Shown: piece after piece, positions 52,640 through 64,000 of the stretch
Layout of the letters: each line of letters begins with the position of its first letter
How positions within the stretch are numbered: position 1 is the first letter of the stretch
Assembly (NCBI GenBank): GCA_964016885.1
Contig: OZ024742.1
Coordinates: forward strand, 262,570,001 to 262,634,000
Source: Eledone cirrhosa
Lineage: Eukaryota
DNA: 64,000 bases
Direction of reading: 5' to 3'
Position numbers and translations under genes: made by a program
The notes under the pieces: generated by a model
The model's database searches: none
What the model saw: the letters and a program-made list of their open reading frames with translations, nothing else
What the model was told of the DNA's origin: nothing

Positions 52640-53013
52640 TCTGATCGTTTGACCTCCTAAAATTAAACGCCGAATCTCCCTGAAATTATATATCCTGCCA
52701 TCTTACAAAAAGAAACTCACAGGTATGGCTCTGTGGTTAAAGAGTTCACTTTAAATCTACGTGGATTCGGAGTCAGTCCCACTACGGGATCTTGGGAGTG
52801 AAATTTGGCAGAAATCAGTTTTGTTGAAACTGACATGTATGGGAGACAGTTAGTATTCCGCAAAACATCTTGATTCGACTTGTATCTTGGAGAGAAACTT
52901 TCCAGGGCCTAATCCATAGTCAGTCACGGCCGAGAATGAATGCTTATCAATACAACTAGCTACTCACAAAATATTATTACACGCTATTATTCCCTCTTTC
53001 TTCTATTTTCCAG

Positions 53014-53258
53014 GGTGGTTTGAACTGCTGGGTCAGAGGTTACAAGATGGAAACAGTTTCTGCAGTAACTCGTATTTGCACACGGGTTCACGCTGTGAGG
53101 GAAGCTCAGGTAGCTGGAATACATTAGCGAAGGTCATCGCCGCCATGCCTGTCCGTTTCTTGTCATTGCATTCCTTGAAAGTATTTGCTTTAGTCTCAGA
53201 AGCTAGTGAAGAGCCATGTTACGACAAGACAACCATGCCACCATATTCTGAATTCCAG
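53014..53258 (+). CDS. Internal exon of a probable CABIT-domain protein
   Basis: Pyrimidine tract plus CAG acceptor at 53013, open frame (G)WFELLGQ...PVRF...PPYSEFQ, GT donor at 53259. Confidence 0.7.
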
Positions 53259-53447
53259 GTCTGTATTGTTTACATCCTTACCGCTCACCAGCCTGCAACC
53301 TCATCCAATATCACAGTCGAACCATCAAAACATTAAATGCCAGTGTTGTTACACCCTTTGTTAGATTGATTGCTCTAATATGTTTATAAATTATTGATGC
53401 TTATAAGATCGATCTCAATGATAAATTGATAAATTTGTTTCTTGCAG

Positions 53448-54008
53448 GTGGTGGGTCTTTTAGAAGACTTGGTGACATACACAAAAAACAGACAGACAGA
53501 ATCGAAAGTAATGAGATGTTTGGAATGTAGGGACAACGACGCCAGAAATGTTCTGATACCAGCAGAGACACATGGTCGATTCTTTGCAACAGAATTAAAG
53601 AAAGGTGGCCGAGCACGTCAGTGTCGGAGCCTACCAAAGGCTTCGAAACTTCGTAAGTTAGTCACGGAAGAAGAACTGCCGGTCTATGTTCGCATTCTGT
53701 CGGCGCCTCAGAATGAATATCCGCTCTCCAGTAACATCGTGGAACTTTATGAAATAAATACAGAAAACACAATTATTGGCTGCAATGTATCAAGTGAAGG
53801 TAACACTATGTTTGAACTGCCAGCTTCTGCTGAGATGCTCTTCCATCGAGCGCCAGAAAGTGTAACGTGCTCGAAAAACCCGTATGTTAGGAAAGCATTA
53901 ACCTTCGCTAAAGAGAAAATCGATTCCTTTCAAAAAAGTATCAAGGCACGGTCTGCTCTTCAAAATAATTCACCCAAATTTATTCACATCGTTGAAACCC
54001 CGATGTAA
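53448..54008 (+). CDS. Next (possibly last) exon of the same gene
   Basis: tttgtttcttgcag acceptor, phase-0 join in frame; CLECRD...VLIP...GRF and LPVYVRI resemble CABIT motifs. Confidence 0.7.
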   Translation: MVGLLEDLVTYTKNRQTESKVMRCLECRDNDARNVLIPAETHGRFFATELKKGGRARQCRSLPKASKLRKLVTEEELPVYVRILSAPQNEYPLSSNIVELYEINTENTIIGCNVSSEGNTMFELPASAEMLFHRAPESVTCSKNPYVRKALTFAKEKIDSFQKSIKARSALQNNSPKFIHIVETPM

Positions 54009-54257
54009 CAGACATTTCTGTGGTTTTGTTTTTATTCTTTTATGCTTTGATTTTTTGGGGGGCGGATTTGAGTCATTAGACTTGAAGGTATTTTGTCCAT
54101 CATGTCGCCCTAGTATTTTAAGTCTGGTGTCGATCTCTTATTTGTGAAGCTGCTAAGTTACGGGACATAAACAAACAGTAAACTCAAACACAGACTTACA
54201 GGCACATAAACAATCAAACACACACACACACACACGCACACACACACACACACACAT

Positions 54258-54565
<308 letters not shown>

Positions 54566-54602
54566 CATCTCAAACATTATTTTGCTTATCAGCGGCTATT
54601 AT

Positions 54603-55120
54603 TTGTTTCTACTTTAGGCACAAGGCCAGCAAAAACCCAGTGCATTACTGGTACTTTATTTTATCGACCCCGTAAGGATTAAAGGCAAAGTCAACCGCGA
54701 CGGGATTTGAACTCAGATCGTAAAGGGACGTAACTATGCTGGAAAGCATGGCGTCCGACCCTCTACCGACGCCATGCTTTCCAGCATAGTTACGTCCCTT
54801 TATGATCTGAGTTCAAATCCCGCCGAGGTTGACTTTGCCTTTCATCCTTACGGGGTCGATAAAATAAAGTACCAGTAATGCACTGGGTGATTGCTGGCTT
54901 TGTGCCTAAAGTAGAAACAATTATTTTGTGAGGGCGATGGATTGGCAGTATCGGTAGAGAGTCGGACGCCATGCTTTCCAGCATAGTTACGTCCCTTTAC
55001 GATCTGAGTTCAAATCCCGCCGCGGTTGACTTTGTCTTTAATCCTTACGGGGTCGATAAAATAAAGTACCAGTAATGCACTGGGTATTTGCTGGCCTTGT
55101 GCCTAAAATAGAAACAATTA
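54603..55120. mobile_element. Composite SINE: inverted copy (54603-54769), 5'-truncated copy (54769-54925) and full copy (54930-55120)
   Basis: Three near-identical copies with a fold-back junction. Confidence 0.9.
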
Positions 55121-55752
55121 TTTTGTGATTTTTCAATCATCCAAACTTTACGTGTTTTTTTTTAGTTTTTGTTTCGTTTTTGTTTTGTTTTTTTTATATT
55201 AAAGTTCATTTACGACCTTTCACGGGTTTATTTACTCCTATTGTTTTGTACTTCCCTTTCAGACAATGGACAAATGGTGCTCACGATCGTAAGATCATGA
55301 GTTCGATTCCCGGAACGAGAAGCACATTGTTTCTTTGAACAGGATACTTAATTTCTTGTTTCTCCAGTCCACTTAGATGGAATATATAAGTTGTTACGAC
55401 ACTGATGGTAAACTGTGTCGGACTTTACTTTTGCCCTGACAGCATATATAGTATATACAGTATATATACATAGTGTTAATTTGAGTTGTGGTAACACTAG
55501 TACCAAGCTTCATTGGTCTTTCTTTCCTTTGGACAACATCTGTGGCATTGAGAAGAAAACTGGTATGTATGGGCGCCTACTGGTCTTCCACAACCACTTT
55601 GCCCAGGTTAGTGCCTTGGAGAGGAACTTTTTAGGTGTAAACTCCTGACGAGTTATGACTGAAGTGGAGTACTCGATCAATATTAAGTATGATTAATATG
55701 TATTTTATTACAATTTATACTATATATATGTATATGTGTATGTACGTGTATG

Positions 55753-55865
<113 letters not shown>

Positions 55866-55878
55866 GTACATATATATA

Positions 55879-55928
<50 letters not shown>

Positions 55929-56005
55929 TATATACATATATATATGTACATATATATAGATGTACATATATATACATATATATGTACACACACACACAGA
56001 CACAC

Positions 56006-57431
<1,426 letters not shown>

Positions 57432-57490
57432 ATATATATATATATATATATATATTATCCTAACTCGTGTGCTTCCTCTCCACATTTTAT

Positions 57491-57522
<32 letters not shown>

Positions 57523-57526
57523 TATA

Positions 57527-58915
57527 GTGGTGGAACACTGGAAGGTAATATCCGTAGTGGTAGAGCACTCAGTCCGAGGGACGAGTTAGGTAGATGTGGT
57601 TACACAACAGTTAGTTCACCATACCGAGAACAATAGTTTCACCTTAGCGGATCTTCATCTCGGGATGTGTATGGTTATAGGAACAGGAAGTACAACCGTA
57701 CGAACGCGCATGCGCAGAAACTCGGTCACTTCACACAGGCAATACTAGACTGCGTACGAGAGCTGTAAGGGAGATAACTGCGAAAGTCCGGAAAGTTTTT
57801 ACTTTGAAAATAAAATTAAAATAAAATTAAAAACAAAATGACAAAGAATCAGTCCAGAGCCTTGTAGTTATGCAATAGATGTTTGGTGACGTGTGGACAA
57901 CGTGTGAAAAATCCACTTCTCGTGTTTAGGCAATCACTATTGCGTAATCTCTTTAGGGTAGTTATTCGTTCGTCATTACATAAGCCACACGTCGGATTTC
58001 CCCTTGCGTATGGCTTGGACTTAGTGATGGTTTTCCATTGAATGGAGTAGCCTATACTTGAGTCATTGAGGGACCATACGTGGCTCGCGAGTTTCGTGGA
58101 TGAACGTCTGTCCGGGTATCTGAAGGTAGACTGGTGGTTCAGGAAACGCTCCTTGAATCGGCCTTCCGCCATGCCCACATAGGATTTGACCTCCTGGGGT
58201 TCGTTTGGTCGGTTGGAAGTGACCACAGCTTCATAGATTACAGCTGATGTGTTGAATTGCTGTTGGAGGAGGAAAGCTTCAGGCTTACGGCAAGAGCACC
58301 CTGGTGGGGTGTTGCTCCTAGGGCTGCTGGTGATGTGGGCCTTCATGTTCTTAGCGCAGGAGTATCCTAGTTTAACTTTGTGTCGGTTAAAGATGGAGCG
58401 GTATTTATGACCTATGGAGAAGTGTCTATCTAAGAGGGCTAGGAATGTTTTTCCTACATTGGTTTTAACGTTGAGTGAGAAGGGAGGAGAGAACCAGATA
58501 GTTTGTCTATTGTTGAACTTACTTTTCTTAAAGGTGTTGTTGCTAGTGGGAGAGTAAGTGATAGGTTGAAAGAAGCCGCTGTTAGCCAACGCCATGTTAT
58601 AGTAGGGTGCCGCCCTGTCAAAGATAGCCTTATTAGAGGAGAGGTTTGAGATTCTAGTACTGATATTCTTAACGAAGTTTCTAAAAACGGTGGGAGGGTG
58701 GGATGAGTCCTTGTGAATGTAATTAAGTTTCTCGTTTAGCTTATGGAGGGGTCTGTGTGTGTGTGTGTGTGTGCGAAGGTCTAAATTAATGTCTAATAAC
58801 TCTACGCTAGAGAGGTTGGTGGCTACTGTTATCCTAAGGCCTAACTCATTGAAGTTCCGCTAAGGTGAAACAATTGTTCTCAGTATGGAGGACTAACTGT
58901 TGCGTAATCACTTCT
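57527..58915 (-). mobile_element. 5'-truncated Naiad-type PLE with an inverted pseudo-LTR fragment (58847-58915)
   Basis: ORF 57849-58595 TIWFSPPFS..KTNVGKTFL, GIY-YIG motifs; the hammerhead region is repeated in opposite orientation at the 5' junction. Confidence 0.9.
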
Positions 58916-59051
58916 ATATATATATATATATATATATTGTTATACTTTGGGAGGGTCATGTTGCCAATATCGGTTTCAACACACGATTTCAGATTAAGAA
59001 TCTTGCTAAACAAATTCAGAAACGATATATATATATACATATATATATATC

Positions 59052-59089
<38 letters not shown>

Positions 59090-59101
59090 TATATATATAC
59101 A

Positions 59102-59145
<44 letters not shown>

Positions 59146-59333
59146 TGTATATATATGTACATATATATGTGTGTGTGTGTGTGTTTGTGTCTCTGTATAT
59201 GTGTATATGTACATATATATATATGTACATATATATATGTGTGTGTGTGTGTGTGTGTCTGTATATGTGTATATGTACATATATATATATATATGTTCAT
59301 ATATATATGTGTTTTTGTGTGTATGTATATGTG

Positions 59334-59403
<70 letters not shown>

Positions 59404-59746
59404 TGTATATACGTATATATGTGTATATATATATATGTGTGTGTGTTTTAAGTGTTGAACCTCCGTCTGTTCCGACGACTAGTGTTCCAGTTGTTCGAAC
59501 ATAATCATAATATTAATTTGAAATTGTCTGAGCATTCCACAGACACGTATTTTATCAGGGAGATTCGGTGTAACACAGTATATGATAAAGTTGACCCTTT
59601 GAATTACAAGTACAACTCATTTTGCCAGCCGAATAGACTGGAGCAATGTTTTAAAAAAGCCATTACAACACAAGTTAGAAATAAAGGAATGAAAACGAAA
59701 CAAACAAAACTGACAACAAAGTTTATTATTATTATTATTATTTTTT

Positions 59747-59820
59747 TGTACCGTCCTGTATTGTCCTGTACTGTCCTTAATGTCTACTTTATGTAAACCC
59801 TTGTGGTTAATAAAGAAAGC
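59747..59820 (+). mobile_element. Extreme 3' tip of a Tx1-like LINE in an (ATT)n tract
   Basis: Reverse complement of 20643-20715; (ATT)n on both sides. Confidence 0.85.
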
Positions 59821-60025
59821 ATTATTGTTATTGTTGTTGTTGTTGTTATTATTATTATTTTATTATTATTATTATTATTATTTTGTTATATATATATATA
59901 TATATATATACACAATATATATGTATATATATATATTAAATATGCATATATATATACATACACGCACACACATATATATATATATTTACATACACGCACA
60001 CACACACACATATATATACACACAT

Positions 60026-60073
<48 letters not shown>

Positions 60074-60473
60074 AAATATATATATACATATGTGTGTGTG
60101 CGTGTATGTATATATATATGCATGTTTAATATATATATATATAAAGAGTAACTAAAGAGATTGATAAATAGGAATGAAGGAAAAAGAGAGAGAGGGGAAG
60201 GCGAAGAAAGCGAGTACAGCATTCCGAAAGTGTTCTAATTAAAGGAATTATGGGAAGGCTGGTGGATCGTTAGGTTGGCTAGATATATGTAGTTAGGGAT
60301 TGGTGGATATTTTTCTATAAAGTATGGGACACCTCCCCACCGTCCTTTCTAAAACGTGCCTGATATGTAATACACCCTATTGGAAATATGATCCTGATTG
60401 AGACAAACATTCGGAACAGCACGTCTGGTATCTAGCTCTGTACACACAGTCACAAATACACACAAACACACAT

Positions 60474-60548
<75 letters not shown>

Positions 60549-60679
60549 GATAAATCTACCAAAAGTTTACGGTAGTGTCCAATCCGTATGAAGAACTCAA
60601 TGTAATCCGGATATCATGAAAAGAGAAGATGCATTCAAAAACTACTTTCGGTGAAAAATAAACGGAAAACAGAGTCAAG

Positions 60680-60820
60680 ATAAATTAATAAAATAATGAA
60701 TAAACAAAGAAACAGTTCCTTATATTAAAAAAATATAAGAAAATTATATAAAAAAATATAAGAACATTTTTTTAATATAAGGAACTGTTTCTTTGTTTAT
60801 TCATTATTTTATTAATTTAT
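60680..60820. repeat. AT-rich fold-back with arms of about 53 bp
   Basis: aaattaataaaataatgaataaacaaagaaacagttccttatatt followed by its reverse complement. Confidence 0.85.
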
Positions 60821-60875
60821 ATATATATATATTTTAACATACAAATATATATATATTGTATTTATATATTATGTA

Positions 60876-60944
<69 letters not shown>

Positions 60945-60947
<3 letters not shown>

Positions 60948-62034
60948 GAATTAGTATATCTACCGACATATATATACAGATGTATACCTATGCTAGCAAA
61001 TATATAGGTTTTGTCTTAGTAACTTTGTGGTTCAATGCAAGGGGATGCAGAACAATTATATGAAAGACGTAAAATAAGAAAATTATAAAAATTTACTTAC
61101 TAAAATTTCACTCCAACTAATTACTTTCTGAAAGGGAATAAACATGGTTTCCGATTGGAACAACATGGAGAAATGTCCTTTCGTCATCAGGGAGATCTAT
61201 TCTCAGCTAAGTTCTCAGGCAAAGCGTGGACACAGGGAACTTATACAAAAATAATTCAGTGGATGGAAAAAAGCAAGCGAGGACTAAATTCCAGGACATT
61301 GAAAAAATCACTGCCTACTTAGTCGGTGGCGAATTCAAAAGAATCAATCACGTGACATCGAGGTCAATCAGTGAGGAGTGGGGGTGCTAATAAGACAGTA
61401 GCCTGGCTATTACTATGAAGCATAGCAGTAGTTTTGGCAAATTTTTGCTCAACTAATTAGTTGGAGTGAAATTTTTATAATTTTCTTATTTTACGTCTTT
61501 CATATAATTGTTCTGCATCCCCTTGCATTGAACCACAAAGTTACTAAGACAAAACCTATATATTTGCTAGCATAGGTATACATCTGTATATATATATGTC
61601 GGTAGATATACTAATTCTTTATAATTATCTCCAAAGTATTTTGTTGAGCAAAAATTTGCCAAAACTACTGCTATGCTTCATAGTAATAGCCAGGCTACTG
61701 TCTTATTAGCACCCCCACTCCTCACTGATTGACCTCGATGTCACGTGATTGATTCTTTTGAATTCGCCACCGACTAAGTAGGCAGTGATTTTTTCAATGT
61801 CCTGGAATCTAGTCCACGCTTGCTTTTTTCCATCCACTGAATTATTTTTGTATAAGTTCCCTGTGTCCACGCTTTGCCTGAGAACTTAGCTGAGAACAGA
61901 TCTCCCTGATGACGAAAGGACATTTCTCCATGTTGTTCCAATCGGAAACCATGTTTATTCCCTTTCAGAAAGTAATTAGTTGGAGTGTAATTTTAGTAAG
62001 TAAGAACATTTTTATAATTTTCTTATTTTACGTC

Positions 62035-62042
<8 letters not shown>
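60945..62042 (+). mobile_element. Retrozyme-like non-coding element: inverted near-complete copy plus about 1.1 tandem copies, hammerheads at about 61111-61194 (-) and 61902-61985 (+)
   Basis: ctcc CTGATGA cgaaagg...cctttca GAAA gtaattag tt ggag; terminal redundancy 61453-61505 vs 61972-62042; (TA)n on both sides. Confidence 0.8.
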
Positions 62043-62091
<49 letters not shown>

Positions 62092-62094
<3 letters not shown>

Positions 62095-62290
62095 CGAAGG
62101 AGTTGTGGTAAGAGCCGATGGACCATAACGCACCAGAGTACTCAATACTTAGGGTAGTAGAGTGGGTAATAGGAAAAAGTATGAACCCGACGGCAGAGCT
62201 CAAGCCATTTCGACGGCTATTTCCGGACTATTTGAGTCCAGAAATAGCCGTCGAAACGGCTTGATCTCTGTCGTCGGGGTCAAACTTTTT

Positions 62291-62293
<3 letters not shown>
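62092..62293. mobile_element. Short (TA)n-flanked cassette with a fold-back; same family as 7463-7602
   Basis: 62092-62230 is the reverse complement of 7463-7602; about 62170-62228 is re-inverted at 62235-62293. Confidence 0.75.
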
Positions 62294-62345
<52 letters not shown>

Positions 62346-62349
<4 letters not shown>

Positions 62350-62520
62350 GTCCCCCGGTATTGGCGGGGATTACTTTCTCAGAGCACCCGCGAAGAGTTA
62401 AGGACCGCCAATATTGGACGTGGTCCATAAAAATGCCTAGAAACGTCAAAATATAACGTAAAATATAATAAAAACAGTCTTATGCGAAGTGGCGTCCAAT
62501 ACGCCGGCAAATACGGTATA
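62346..62520. mobile_element. Possible end of a Tc1/mariner-pogo-type MITE
   Basis: TA followed by agtagtcccccggtatt resembles CAGT-type TIR starts; no partner TIR found. Confidence 0.3.
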
Positions 62521-62589
62521 TTGTTATAAATAATTTAGCGTATGTATGTATATACATACATACATACATATGTCAATACACACACACAC

Positions 62590-62673
<84 letters not shown>

Positions 62674-64000
62674 TGAAATTTCCGTTGAAAACAGAAAAAG
62701 TCATAGAAGTGAAGAGTGCTCTATGTAAGTACCAGAGCAAAATTTAATGTATAAAAATCAATACAATATAATTACCTCATTACCAGAGGTTTCCCGAATG
62801 AGGCGAATACGAAAGAAACGTCTTCATTCGATCGTCAGACGAGGCAATATAAAACATGGCTAAATACTTGGAAAGTCTCTTCAAGAAAAGCAAAAAAAAT
62901 TATATAAATATAGATAAAGGAATTATAATAGATATATGAAATATATAAAAATCTTTCAAGAAATATAGTTAGGTGTGTGTATATGTATGTATATACGCTC
63001 ACAGATGTACATATGTGTGTATGTACAAATGTGTGCGTATAGTGAAAAAAGTGTGCGTAAATATATGTGTTAGGGCAAGTGTATCTGTGTATCTGTAACT
63101 ACAGACAGACATGATATAATTGTCCGGTTGGCAGGTACACAGAAAAACAGGGTATTAGATACATTATAAGAATATGAAGGCACGCGTATAAACACATACA
63201 CACGCGCGTACACTTTATGCGGAAGAAAAAGAGGTAAGGGAGTGTAATAGTATAAAGAAAGTATCATTCTCGATATATTTATAAAAATGGAACAATAATT
63301 TAGAAAGAAAAAATTAAAGAAAAGAAGACAAACAAGGTACACACGTACATACACACATATATCCACAAGAAACGTATATCTATAAGAAATATATATATAT
63401 ACACGCTAAAACGTGCAGACAAAAGTGTATGCAAGTATACATACACACACAGGATACACATATATACATATATACGCCTCGCCCCATGTATATCTAATCA
63501 CGCGCACGCACGTGACTGTATACACACTCACACACACACACACACACAAATATACATGCCTATATACATACGCACACTTACACATCCGTACATTCAGTAC
63601 GTACACACACACACACACACACATACATACACTCACGCATATTGACCCGTATACATGCACACACATAAAAATGAGAATGTAAAAAAAGAAAAAAACCTAG
63701 ATGTAAAAACACAGATATAAAAACACACATACATACACACATATATATATATACATACACGCACGCGCGCGCACATGCGGGGGCGTTCTTGTACATATAT
63801 AGAAAGTATACACACATTAAGGCGCTCAGACACATAGATACAGGGTGTAAAAACAGCCTTGTGGATAAGTAAGTACAAATATAAAAATATAAGATTGGCT
63901 GCGAAATAACAGAAAATATCTGGGGTGGAAAACGCAAGTGACATGTGTAATCAGGTAGTGAAGAAAATAGGGAAGTAAAAAGTGGAAAGTGAAGATATTA

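Overview
Repeat-saturated animal genomic DNA. The tRNA-headed SINE family and the (TA)n/(CA)n/(AAT)n load suggest a mollusc, probably an octopod cephalopod; this is inference from recalled SINE sequence, not a search. Main content: (1) a ~27 kb array (about 18.9-46.3 kb) of non-LTR retrotransposons joined at (AAT)n tracts, mixing APE-encoding Tx1/L1-clade elements (one intact, 36262-42037) with RLE-encoding R4/Dong-like elements; (2) Penelope-like elements (PLEs), namely a near full-length Neptune-type copy with an upstream coiled-coil ORF joined to RT by an in-phase U_UUU_UUA slippery site, plus Naiad-type 3' fragments; (3) many small (TA)n-flanked, mostly non-coding cassettes built as an inverted partial copy plus 1.x tandem copies, several carrying type I hammerhead ribozyme motifs (retrozyme-like); (4) a HERO-like remnant, a mini-Helitron, SINEs and two minisatellites; (5) two spliced exons of a probable CABIT-domain host gene at 53014-54008. 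Most ORF-track entries are microsatellite or antisense artefacts. Element boundaries were read by eye and may be off by a few to tens of bases.
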